Origin: Spirochaetota bacterium
Lineage (GTDB): Bacteria > Spirochaetota > B62-G9 > DRHN01
Assembly (NCBI GenBank): GCA_030673105.1
Contig: DAOVJS010000003.1
Span: forward strand, 1-44,474
Direction of reading: 5' to 3'
DNA length: 44,474 nucleotides
The position numbers and the translations under genes are program-made. Positions 35,108 through 44,474 of this stretch are shown one piece after another (the stretch's first letter is position 1; every line of letters begins with the position of its first letter). The notes beneath the pieces are model-generated. The model did no database searches and had not been told where the DNA came from. It saw only the letters and a list, made by a program, of their open reading frames with translations.

Positions 35108-38100
35108 AAAAATCCTTTAAAAACTCTAATTTTGCTGTATTATCCTGGAACATCCGGTATACGTAGAGAGTATTGTAATCCTTCGGCGATATACTGAACA
35201 GCCTTTTATTTTTATTAACCTTCTGTACCAATTTTATAATATCAACCCTGCTTTTTTCAAAGATCAACTGAAGCTCATTCTCCTTCTCTCTCAGGCATTT
35301 GATTCCCACATTTCTACAAAGCACTCTGAGCCTGACAACGGTAAAAAGTTCCTGAAGCTGCCAGGGGATTGCTCCAAAACGGTCAAGCAGCTCAACTTTA
35401 AACTCATCCAGCTCTTCCTCTCTCTTCATACCGGCCAGCCGCTTATAGATCTCAATCCTAAGCTTCTCGCTTTCAACATAGGTCCCGGGTATAAACCCTC
35501 TATATTTTATTTCTAAAACCGGATCAATCTCCACTTCCACTGGCTGCCCGTGCTGCAGCTCCCGTATTGCTTCGTCAAGAAGCTTCACATACATTTCAAA
35601 ACCAACGGTAAGCATATCTCCGTGCTGCTCCCTTCCAAGTATGTTGCCCGCGCCTCTGATTTCAAGGTCCTTTAACGCAATCGAATATCCGGATCCCAAT
35701 TCGGTATGATCGTTTATTACTGAAAGTCTTTTCCGGGCCTGCTCTGTGATAACTTTTCCGACAGGATACAGAAGGTACGCGTATGCTTTTCGCTTGCTTC
35801 TACCGACTCTGCCTCGCAACTGGTAGAGCTGGGACAATCCAAATCTGTCAGCCCGCTCTATAATAATCGTGTTAACGTTGGGAATATCGAGTCCGGATTC
35901 AATTATGGTCGTTGTCAACAGGGTATGGAACTCCATATCAAAGAAAGCCTTCATTATTTCTTCAAGGTCACGCTCTTCCATCCGGCCGTGGGCAATTTCA
36001 AATGTCACCTCAGGCATGAGCCGCCTGAGTGATTCAGCTTTTTCCTCAATAGTTCTTACCCTGTTGTGTACATAATACACCTGTCCGCCTCTCTCGATCT
36101 CACGCCTGATCGCTCTTTTTATTATTTCTTCATTATATTCAACCACATAGGTCTCAATCGGTATCCTGTCGCGGGGAGGAGTTTCAATAATGCTCATGTC
36201 TCTGATTTTCGTCATCGACATGTAGAGTGTTCTGGGTATGGGGGTGGCCGTCATTGTAATTACATCTACCAGCTTCCTCAACTGCTTGAACCGTTCTTTA
36301 TGCTCAACACCAAACCTCTGCTCTTCATCTATTACTACGAGCCCCAGGTCCTTAAACTTCACATCTTTCTGTATCAGACGGTGAGTTCCGATCACCACAT
36401 CAATAAGCCCGTTTTTCAGGTTCTCCAGAATTATTTTCTGCTCCCCGGGGGTTCTAAAACGCGAGAGCATTTCAACATTCAAAGGGTATAGAGAAAATCT
36501 ATCACGGAAGGTGCCGAGATGCTGTTCAGCAAGAATTGTAGTAGGAACAAGAACTGCCACCTGTTTTCCATCCATTACTGCCTTAAAAGCAGCCCGTACC
36601 GCGACCTCGGTTTTTCCAAAACCAACATCACCGCATATCAGCCTGTCCATAGGTTTTGGATTTTCCATGTCATTTTTAAGCTCCTCAATTGTCCGTATCT
36701 GGTCCGGAGTTTCTTCATACCGGAACCCTGATTCAAACTCATACTGCCACTCGGTATCTCTCGAAAAAGAATATCCTTTCTGGCTCGCACGGATTGAATA
36801 TATTTCCATTAAATCCTTTGCCAGATTCTTTACCGATTTCTTTACATGATCTTTAATTTTTTTCCATGTCCCGGAGCCCAGCCTGTCAATTCTCGGGGGC
36901 CTTCCCTTATGGCCGATATACTTCTGCACCCGGTTTATCTGGTCAACCGGAATAAATATCTCATCACCATCCCTGTACTCGATTTTAATAAAATCTTTTT
37001 CCACACCGCCTGTAGACAGTTTTTCAATGCCCCTGTAAATACCAATACCGTGCTCCACATGGACAATATAATCTCCATTATTGATGTCAAGCATCCCCTC
37101 GATCCGCTCTGATCTCACATCAAGAAATTGCCTTTTATACCTTTTTTTCCTGCTGAAAATTTCCCTGTCAAGAATGACAGCAAGCTTCATCCTGCGTGAT
37201 ATAAATCCTTCGTGTATGTCCAGAGTCATGACTATCAGTTTTCCATTGACTTTCGGCAATGCTTTAAGCACTTCCCTCAAACGATTCGTCTGGCCTTCGT
37301 AGCTTGCCCCCACAATGACGGTATATCCTTCGATCAGTAGATTTTTAATGTCTTCCTTTAAATGTTTTATCTGCCCTCTGTACCCCCTTTTCTCAGTAAT
37401 ATTAAAATCAATAAAATCACACTCAGTCTCAGGCAGAACAGACATGTTCCCGTATTTTCCCGCCTCCATCAAAAGATTATTGAGCTCAGCCATTACCCTT
37501 GCAGGAGGAAGGAGAAAAGTCTTTCCTCTTTTTTCTTTATAGAGCCTTACGGCCTCATTTTTAAAGAAATCGGCCTCTTTTGTACACTCTCTTAGAGAGT
37601 CAACTATGAAAGTATATCCACGATTCGCGTAATCTAAAATAGTGCCCGGGGGCTCATAAATCATTGATATGTAATTATCTATTCCGGGAAAGACACCGAA
37701 TTCCTTTATATTCTCCACCACTTCCCTGTTCTCTTCATCTAATATGCTTTCCAGACCCTTTTTTATTAAGGGAGTAAGAATGATTTCTCGCGCCGGCAGT
37801 ACCGTAATTCCGCTCACTTCCTCTATTGATCTCTGTGTCACATATGAAAATTCACGGATTGACTCTATAGTGTCATCAAAAAACTCTACTCTGAAAGGAT
37901 ACTCGTTCCCGTATATGAATATGTCGAGGATATCTCCACGGATTGCAAAGCATCCCTGATATGATACCCTGTCTTCCCTCTCATAACCCAGGCGGATAAG
38001 GTATCCCTCCAATTCGCTAAATGAAACATCCGCGCCTTTTATCAGCCTGATACAGCTTTGCTCAAAGATACTTTTAGGTATAAAAAAGTCTGTAAAGGTT

Positions 38101-38471
38101 CTTACAGGAAGAACAAAAACACCCCTTTGCTTTTTTACCAGCGCGTTGAGAGCGATAATTCTTTTAACAATTATTTCCTTAAAGGGTTCAGCATCATCGT
38201 AGGGAAGGGTTTCTCTGGAAGGAAATAAGAAGATTTCATTCTCTTTCAAAAATAGCGACAGATCACCGTAGAAGTCTGAAGCGTCCCTGTTGCTCCTGGT
38301 AATAAGGATAATACCGCCACTCAGTCTTTGAAAGAGCGCCGAAATAAAAAGAGCCCTTGCAGAACCGTTCAATCCTGTAAACTCGGTTCTCTTTTTTTCG
38401 AGCGTTCCGGGAATGTCTCTTATATTAAATGTACGGTCAAATAACCGTAAAAAGGTTCTGAAGTCCGTCAT
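35085..38471 (-). CDS. mfd: Transcription-repair coupling factor
   Basis: VHVEHGIG, MDRLICGDVGFGKTEV, DEEQRFGV, TATPIPRTL, QLRGRVGR, DLEIRGAGN. Confidence 0.97.
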   Translation of the reverse strand: MTDFRTFLRLFDRTFNIRDIPGTLEKKRTEFTGLNGSARALFISALFQRLSGGIILITRSNRDASDFYGDLSLFLKENEIFLFPSRETLPYDDAEPFKEIIVKRIIALNALVKKQRGVFVLPVRTFTDFFIPKSIFEQSCIRLIKGADVSFSELEGYLIRLGYEREDRVSYQGCFAIRGDILDIFIYGNEYPFRVEFFDDTIESIREFSYVTQRSIEEVSGITVLPAREIILTPLIKKGLESILDEENREVVENIKEFGVFPGIDNYISMIYEPPGTILDYANRGYTFIVDSLRECTKEADFFKNEAVRLYKEKRGKTFLLPPARVMAELNNLLMEAGKYGNMSVLPETECDFIDFNITEKRGYRGQIKHLKEDIKNLLIEGYTVIVGASYEGQTNRLREVLKALPKVNGKLIVMTLDIHEGFISRRMKLAVILDREIFSRKKRYKRQFLDVRSERIEGMLDINNGDYIVHVEHGIGIYRGIEKLSTGGVEKDFIKIEYRDGDEIFIPVDQINRVQKYIGHKGRPPRIDRLGSGTWKKIKDHVKKSVKNLAKDLMEIYSIRASQKGYSFSRDTEWQYEFESGFRYEETPDQIRTIEELKNDMENPKPMDRLICGDVGFGKTEVAVRAAFKAVMDGKQVAVLVPTTILAEQHLGTFRDRFSLYPLNVEMLSRFRTPGEQKIILENLKNGLIDVVIGTHRLIQKDVKFKDLGLVVIDEEQRFGVEHKERFKQLRKLVDVITMTATPIPRTLYMSMTKIRDMSIIETPPRDRIPIETYVVEYNEEIIKRAIRREIERGGQVYYVHNRVRTIEEKAESLRRLMPEVTFEIAHGRMEERDLEEIMKAFFDMEFHTLLTTTIIESGLDIPNVNTIIIERADRFGLSQLYQLRGRVGRSKRKAYAYLLYPVGKVITEQARKRLSVINDHTELGSGYSIALKDLEIRGAGNILGREQHGDMLTVGFEMYVKLLDEAIRELQHGQPVEVEIDPVLEIKYRGFIPGTYVESEKLRIEIYKRLAGMKREEELDEFKVELLDRFGAIPWQLQELFTVVRLRVLCRNVGIKCLREKENELQLIFEKSRVDIIKLVQKVNKNKRLFSISPKDYNTLYVYRMFQDNTAKLEFLKDFFDYEENT

Positions 38472-38571
38472 TATTTCTACATTTTAGTAATGAAATTGCT
38501 GCAAAGGTTTCACGCGTGTAATATGGTAAACATAAGCGAGATTTTGAAAAAAGTGACGGTATTTTGTAGAA

Positions 38572-38937
38572 TTAGCCCTTTTCAAGCTCCTCATCATAAA
38601 TTTCAAATATTTCTCTAGTCTTCCTTAAAAATTCAGGATTGAGCTCTACAATATTTAACCCTCTATCTTTTATCTCCCTGATAAATATTTCCGCTTTGAC
38701 CTCCACCTTCACAATAGCATTATCTTCAGCGTAGGAATCTATGATCCCGTATTTTCTTTCCTTCTTTAACTCCCTGATGATTGCTATTAAATCCTCGAAG
38801 ATTTTTATATTACGGTCAGAAGAATCATACAATTGCTGCGAAGTCCCGAATCTCTCGGCATTAACAGATGTGTCGCGAAACTTCTGTGATGTAATTTTGT
38901 AATTATAATTAAGCCGATCTCGTATATCTTCAATCAT
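38572..38937 (-). CDS. Hypothetical protein
   Basis: About 121-aa ORF with plausible composition; no motif recognised; start uncertain. Confidence 0.55.
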   Translation of the reverse strand: MIEDIRDRLNYNYKITSQKFRDTSVNAERFGTSQQLYDSSDRNIKIFEDLIAIIRELKKERKYGIIDSYAEDNAIVKVEVKAEIFIREIKDRGLNIVELNPEFLRKTREIFEIYDEELEKG

Positions 38938-39185
38938 TGAGCACATCCCAGGTTAATGTTTTTCAAATCATCGTTAACTTCCACCTATGGTATTGATCAT
39001 TAAGTTGTAACTTATTTATTTTTATCCGATAATTATATTATAAACCAGATTACGCAATAAATTCTATCTTTTTTTGTAAAATATCTCAAATTTTCAAAGT
39101 TACCTATAAGATATACTATACTTAAAAGATTGCAAGAATAATTTCATCATTTTTAAAATAACCAAACATTAAGTCTGGAAATCTG

Positions 39186-40019
39186 TTGCTAAAAACAAAA
39201 GGAAAACACACAAAATATACAATAATTATCGTTATAATCCTTATATTTTTTCTAATCCTTTTTTTAAAAGTACCTCATGTTATAAAAAAGAAAAAAGAAC
39301 TCCCTCCGGAGCAAAAAATTGAAGAGATAAAACCTGAAATAAAAGAGAAAGAGAAATACAGAATAGCGATAATTATAGATGATGTCGGATATCCATCAAA
39401 CAACCTGAATGAGTATAAAAATTTTAAAGGCAAACTTACTTTTGCCGTACTCCCCTTTCTTAAAGAATCAAAGGAACACGCAAATATTCTATATGATCAC
39501 GGATTTGAAATATTGATACACATACCCATGGAACCTCTAAATTACCCGCAAACAGACCCCGGTCAATATGCTCTCCTCGCAAATAATACAAAACAGGAGA
39601 TTGAAAAAAAACTAATGATGATGATAGAGGACAACCCCCACGCTGTGGGCACCAACAACCATATGGGGTCACGGGCTACACAGGAGTACCAACCAATGCT
39701 CTGGACGCTGGGCTTTTTAAAGGACAAAAACCTGTTTTTCATAGATACCCTTACCACCGCCGATTCATGCGCGTATGCAGTAGCATTAAAACTAAACGTT
39801 GATACCGCGAAAAGAGACATCTTTCTGGATAACGAGGATACCTTCTCTTCTATTAACGCACAGTTTGAAAAACTAAAAGGGATGGCAAAAGCCAATGGCA
39901 CGGCTATCGGTATTGGCCATATTAATAAAAACTATACAATAAAAGTTCTTAATTATCAACTCCCTATTCTAAAAAAAGAAAATTATACTCTCATTTTTGC
40001 TTCTGATGCTGTTATGTAA
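39186..40019 (+). CDS. Divergent polysaccharide deacetylase (YibQ family)
   Basis: N-terminal TM, IAIIIDDVG, HIPMEP, NNHMGS, RDIFLDN, AIGIGH. Confidence 0.9.
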   Translation: MLKTKGKHTKYTIIIVIILIFFLILFLKVPHVIKKKKELPPEQKIEEIKPEIKEKEKYRIAIIIDDVGYPSNNLNEYKNFKGKLTFAVLPFLKESKEHANILYDHGFEILIHIPMEPLNYPQTDPGQYALLANNTKQEIEKKLMMMIEDNPHAVGTNNHMGSRATQEYQPMLWTLGFLKDKNLFFIDTLTTADSCAYAVALKLNVDTAKRDIFLDNEDTFSSINAQFEKLKGMAKANGTAIGIGHINKNYTIKVLNYQLPILKKENYTLIFASDAVM

Positions 40020-40075
40020 TACCGGTTTGAGTTTTTTTTTATTATATTATCCTGATTCTAAATGTAGAGTCCATT

Positions 40076-41104
40076 TTGAAAATTCTTGGTTTAGAAACAA
40101 CCTGCGACGAAACATCCGCGTCCATTGTGGTGGATGGTAAAACCATCCTCAGCAACATTGTCGCGACTCAATTTGAATTTCACAGGAAGTACGCGGGAGT
40201 AGTACCGGAAATCGCGTCCAGAAGGCACCATGAGGTGATAAACTTTGTCATTGAAGATTCTTTGAAAGAGGCAGATCTCACTTTAAAAGATATCGATGCT
40301 GTCGCGGTTGCCTATTATCCCGGCCTTATCGGCTCATTGCTCATAGGGCTGACCGTTGCTAAAACACTGAGTTTTACCCTTGGAAAACCGCTTGTCGGGA
40401 TCAATCACCTTGAAGCCCACCTCTATTCTATTCATTTCAACAATAAAGTCGTATATCCCGTTATAGGATTAATCATTTCAGGTGGTCATACTTTACTGGT
40501 GTTGTCCGATAAAATCGGGCACTACGAGATTCAAGGGAGCACCCTCGACGACGCGATAGGCGAGGCTTTTGATAAAGTTTCAAAACATCTGGGGCTTGGT
40601 TATCCGGGCGGACCCGCAATTGAGAGTACCGCAAAGAAAGGAGACGAAAAAGCCTTCAGTTTTCCCCGCGTAATTTTAAATGGAGGATATGACCGGTATA
40701 ATTTCAGCTACAGCGGTTTAAAAAATGCTGTCATCAATCAAAGAAAGCGTTTTTTAAAACAGGGCCGGATGAATTCAGTTGAAAACATAGCTTCATCCTT
40801 TCAGGCCGCGGCAACAGATGTTCTGCTGACAAAAGCGCTATGGGCATGTAAAGACTTTAAAATCAATAGAATAGCTCTCGCGGGCGGGGTCGCGAACAAT
40901 GAGCGGATCAGATACATTTTTAAAAAGGAAAAATCCCTCATTACCTATTTTCCTGAAAAGGCTTTAACACAGGACAACGCGGCAATGATCGCGGGGCTTG
41001 CCTATCACAAATATCTAAACGGAGAAATTATGAACCTGACACTTGAACCACGATCCAGGATAGAAAATATAGTAAAGGGGAAGAGGAAAAAACATGGGAA
41101 TTGA
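40076..41104 (+). CDS. tsaD: tRNA N6-threonylcarbamoyltransferase
   Basis: LGLETTCDET, GVVPEIASRRH, HLEAH, SGGHT, DDAIGEAFDK, DNAAMI. Confidence 0.96.
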   Translation: MKILGLETTCDETSASIVVDGKTILSNIVATQFEFHRKYAGVVPEIASRRHHEVINFVIEDSLKEADLTLKDIDAVAVAYYPGLIGSLLIGLTVAKTLSFTLGKPLVGINHLEAHLYSIHFNNKVVYPVIGLIISGGHTLLVLSDKIGHYEIQGSTLDDAIGEAFDKVSKHLGLGYPGGPAIESTAKKGDEKAFSFPRVILNGGYDRYNFSYSGLKNAVINQRKRFLKQGRMNSVENIASSFQAAATDVLLTKALWACKDFKINRIALAGGVANNERIRYIFKKEKSLITYFPEKALTQDNAAMIAGLAYHKYLNGEIMNLTLEPRSRIENIVKGKRKKHGN

Positions 41105-42557
41105 AGAGAGAGATATCAGAATCGGAAAACTTAAATTGATAAGAGAAAAGGGCGTTAATCCCTACGTTGACCGCTTTGAAAAAACCCACAGCCTTTTACA
41201 GGCAAAAAAGCTGCCGCTGAATACTGAAGATGTGCGAACGGCAGGCAGGATATTGACAGTAAGGCTCTTCGGAAGGCTAATATTTGCGACCCTCAAGGAT
41301 TTTTCAGGTAAAATGCAGATTGCACTCCAGGAAAAGGTAATCGGTAAGGAAATGTTCTCCTTTTTTAAAAAATTTGTTGACATTGGAGATTTCATCGGAG
41401 TGGAAGGATCAATATTCAAAACCAGGGCAGGAGAGATCACGCTCGATACCGGTAAGTTTGAATTACTTTCAAAAACACTCAGGCCGCTTCCGGAAAAATG
41501 GCACGGACTTACAGGTCAGGAACTCATATACAGGCAGAGATATCTTGACCTTGTAATGAATGACGGTACAATAGAAAGATTCTTGAAACGAACACGCATC
41601 ATAAAATCCATCAGAGATTTCCTCGATGCAAGCGATTTCGTCGAAGTGGAGACACCTGTGCTTCAGACCAAACCATCAGGAGCAATTGCGACACCTTTTG
41701 CAACTCATCACAACGCCCTTGACCTCGACCTCTACCTTAGAATAGCTCCGGAAACCTACTTAAAGAGATGTATCGCGGGGGGGTTTGAAAAGGTTTATGA
41801 GTTCGCGAGAAGCTTTCGCAACGAGGGATTGGACCCATCCCACCTGCAGGACTTTACCATGCTTGAGTACTACGCCGCGTACTGGAACTACGAGGACAAC
41901 ATGCGGTTTACAGAGAACCTCATAAAACATGTTCTTGAAGAGGTAAATGGTTCTCTTAACCTCGTCTTTGGTGAAAAGGGGCTGAATTTTAACAAAGAAT
42001 GGCGCAGGGTCCCGATGCGTGATATCATCAAGGAAACCACCGGAATAGATTATACACTTTTTTCAAATGCTGAAGACCTGCGAAAAGAGCTAATAAAAAG
42101 AAATATAGAGATTCAAGACGTCGAAACCATGGGGTTTGGCTCGATCATCGACAGCATCTTCAAAAAAGCAGTACGGCCTGAGATTATAGACCCGCTTTTC
42201 ATAATACATCACCCCATTGAGCTGTCCCCCCTTGCGAGAAGGAATGATTCCAATCCAATGATTACTGATCGATTTCAACTTGTCGTAAATGGATGGGAAA
42301 TAGTAAATGCCTACAGCGAGCTCATTGATCCGGTTGACCAGAGAGAGAGACTTGAAGAGCAGGCAAGACTCCACAGCAAGGGCGATGCTGAAGCAATGGT
42401 GATGGACGAAGATTTTCTAACAGCAATGGAACACGGCATGCCCCCTATATCCGGCCTCGGAATGGGCATCGACCGTTTTGTCTGCCTCCTCACAAACCAG
42501 GAAAACCTGAGGGATATCATACTCTTCCCGCTGATGAAACCAGCGGGCAATGAATGA
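41094..42557 (+). CDS. lysS: Lysine--tRNA ligase, class II
   Basis: OB fold, PLPEKWHGL, YRQRYLDL, YLRIAPE, FRNEG, GMPPISGLGMGIDR. Confidence 0.96.
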   Translation: MGIEERDIRIGKLKLIREKGVNPYVDRFEKTHSLLQAKKLPLNTEDVRTAGRILTVRLFGRLIFATLKDFSGKMQIALQEKVIGKEMFSFFKKFVDIGDFIGVEGSIFKTRAGEITLDTGKFELLSKTLRPLPEKWHGLTGQELIYRQRYLDLVMNDGTIERFLKRTRIIKSIRDFLDASDFVEVETPVLQTKPSGAIATPFATHHNALDLDLYLRIAPETYLKRCIAGGFEKVYEFARSFRNEGLDPSHLQDFTMLEYYAAYWNYEDNMRFTENLIKHVLEEVNGSLNLVFGEKGLNFNKEWRRVPMRDIIKETTGIDYTLFSNAEDLRKELIKRNIEIQDVETMGFGSIIDSIFKKAVRPEIIDPLFIIHHPIELSPLARRNDSNPMITDRFQLVVNGWEIVNAYSELIDPVDQRERLEEQARLHSKGDAEAMVMDEDFLTAMEHGMPPISGLGMGIDRFVCLLTNQENLRDIILFPLMKPAGNE

Positions 42558-42658
42558 TACATTGAACAAGCCTGTCGGTACCAGCGGATACACCGGATTC
42601 GACAAGATTAGAAGTGTATTTTTAAAATTTGCCTGTTGCTGTAAAGCAGCGTGCTCAG

Positions 42659-43972
42659 TTAGTTCGTCAATCCCGCGATCGCGGCACCTATCAAGGGCGC
42701 ATTTTCTACATTTACAAACTCATAGTACCTTTTCATGCTTTTAATAAGGAAACCTCTCAAATAATACTCCACCTTTTCTTTAAGTGTTTTTAAACCATGA
42801 AATACAGTTCCATCTGCCGTTATGCACACAGGGTAACAGGGATTTTTTCCTTTATCTGACTTGATCACCACTGAAGATAGATTTATGGCTGTTAACTTCG
42901 CCGCCCTTTCAATCAACCGGTCAATTATGTAGAATAACGCGCTCCTGTCATCATCGTTATCATCACCCAGAGAAGACGCCAGCGGATTATCTACTCCTGC
43001 CGGATACAGCATGAAATCATTTATATCCTTTGCTCCAAGACTCAAAATAGCTTTCAGCTTTTTATTTGCAGAAGTAGAAAAAAGACTGTTATCCGCAGCC
43101 GACTGTATGGTTCCGAGGCATAGTTTCCCAAAATACGCGCCGGATATCTTCTTCTCGAAAGTATACTTCCCCGGATTAATTGTGGCTTTATCAAGGGCGT
43201 CGTCGATAGCGCCCTTCGGGGCCTTTCCGAAATTTCCTGACTCAACATTTATAATCTGATTTTTATTTATATCGAGGTTTAGACCCTTTTTTATATTACT
43301 ATTCTTTTCTATATAACAGCAGTTAGTGCCTGTACCAAGTATGAAGCCCACATAACTGCCATAGACTCTCTCCAGAAAAGCTGAACGCCCGGCAAGCAGG
43401 GTCGCCACGGTATCATTCAATAATACAATATGTTTTTTATCTTTATAGCCGCGTGACCTTATCGCGGAGACAAGATTTCGCCCAACAAGCTCACCCTCTA
43501 CCTCCCTGGCCTTGATTTCCTTTGAGAAATGAATCAGCCTCCCGTCTTTATCCGGAAGAATTTCAACCGGGTAGGAAAAACAAAACCCTATTTTCCGGCT
43601 TAAATCTAAAAAATCCTCTATATATTCCGCGATAATCCTGAAAAATTCCTCTTTTGAAACTTTTCCTTCATATCCGGGCATAAAATACTTTTTAAGATTT
43701 TTTATGACCGGCTTTTTCTCTTCATTAAAATGTACCGACGCAATCCTGAAATTTGTACCGCCAGCGTCAAGCACAATAACAGGCTCATTAAGCGGAATTT
43801 CTTTATCAACGTCAATATACGTGGGAATCATCTGCAGGCTGCTTTCCCGGCCTGCCAAACCCAATTCCATTTCTTCGAGAAAAATATTTGTGTAAGTTTC
43901 AATGTCTACCTCTTCATAATCCATATGGCAACTTTTCAAGAATTCAATTACACGTTTCTCAATTTTATCCAT
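42659..43972 (-). CDS. Hexokinase (eukaryote-like family)
   Basis: MIPTY, LDAGGTNFR, GFCFSYP, LLNDTVATL, GTGTNCCY, ESGNF, EKKISGAY, ADG. Confidence 0.92.
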   Translation of the reverse strand: MDKIEKRVIEFLKSCHMDYEEVDIETYTNIFLEEMELGLAGRESSLQMIPTYIDVDKEIPLNEPVIVLDAGGTNFRIASVHFNEEKKPVIKNLKKYFMPGYEGKVSKEEFFRIIAEYIEDFLDLSRKIGFCFSYPVEILPDKDGRLIHFSKEIKAREVEGELVGRNLVSAIRSRGYKDKKHIVLLNDTVATLLAGRSAFLERVYGSYVGFILGTGTNCCYIEKNSNIKKGLNLDINKNQIINVESGNFGKAPKGAIDDALDKATINPGKYTFEKKISGAYFGKLCLGTIQSAADNSLFSTSANKKLKAILSLGAKDINDFMLYPAGVDNPLASSLGDDNDDDRSALFYIIDRLIERAAKLTAINLSSVVIKSDKGKNPCYPVCITADGTVFHGLKTLKEKVEYYLRGFLIKSMKRYYEFVNVENAPLIGAAIAGLTN

Positions 43973-44035
43973 GGCATTTTTCTCCTCTTAATTTCTCTCT
44001 GAAAAAAACAGAAGGCGCCTGCCGGCTGAATTCTA

Positions 44036-44064
44036 TTTACAAAATTGATTTTGGCTATTAAATT
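44036..44064 (+). promoter_or_regulatory. sigma70 promoter of 6S RNA
   Basis: TTTACA-N17-TAAATT, ending 7 nt before the RNA. Confidence 0.55.
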
Positions 44065-44070
44065 CTAAAT

Positions 44071-44250
44071 ACCTGCTGTGTTCGTGATGCCGGTTTACCT
44101 ATTTTTGAGCCAACACCTACAAAAATGGGATGTCAAAATTTACCTGCGTAATGCGCTCGCCCAAGAGGTTTTAGAGCACAGGAAACAGGTGTGAGACGGC
44201 CCACCTGATATTCAGGTTCAAAATGGCCCCGGCACACGGCACAAGCGGGT
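44071..44250 (+). ncRNA. ssrS: 6S RNA
   Basis: About 180-nt rod: 5' ACCTGCTGTGTTCGTG..GCCGG pairs with 3' CCGGCACACGGCACAAGCGGGT; TTGAGCC/GGTTCAA; TGGG/CCCA around a central bubble; ends in a T run. Confidence 0.8.
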
Positions 44251-44261
44251 TTTTTTATCAG

Positions 44262-44474
44262 TCATCCCCATTTTTCATAAAATACAACCTGCTCCGGATC
44301 AAGCCTTTTTTTTGGCCTTTGAGTAACACTCTCCGGATATCCAAGGGTAAGCAGTTCCACAACCTTGATCTTTTCAGGTATATTGAGGATCTTCTTTACT
44401 TCTTCTTCGTGAAATGCGCCTAGCGAGCATGTACCAAGACCGGGCTCGACAGCCCTGGGTGTGGTGTGATCAAT
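44262..44474 (-). CDS. Nitroreductase family protein, C-terminal part (runs off the window; not in the ORF track)
   Basis: Manual translation IDHTTPRAVEPGLGTCSLGAFHEEEVKKILNIPEKIKVVELLTLGYP..FYEKWG*. Confidence 0.8.
   Translation of the reverse strand: MDHTTPRAVEPGLGTCSLGAFHEEEVKKILNIPEKIKVVELLTLGYPESVTQRPKKRLDPEQVVFYEKWG

Overview
AT-rich chromosomal window from a Spirochaetota bacterium, inferred from the spirochaete-type FlaB flagellins, long FliD, spirochaetal lipoboxes and eukaryote-like hexokinase. It is mostly housekeeping: PBP1A, lipoate ligase family, apt, rpmE, rho, argS, mfd, tsaD, class II lysS, 3 tRNAs and a 6S RNA. It also carries a flagellar filament cluster (three flagellins, flaG, fliD) under a sigma28 promoter with many CsrA-type GGA hairpins, two RpoS-like sigma factors (one after nlpD, one behind a sigma54 -24/-12 promoter) and an orphan DNA adenine methyltransferase. 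The best candidate for an undescribed system is a five-gene operon coupling a cytoplasmic group 1a-like [NiFe] hydrogenase and its maturation protease directly to MetV-MetF methylene-THF reductase. The second is an amidohydrolase + cNMP-binding/TPR + Crp three-gene module that could be a cyclic-nucleotide sensing and quenching unit. No CRISPR array, intact transposase or prophage was seen. All calls come from reading motifs by eye; no database searches were run.
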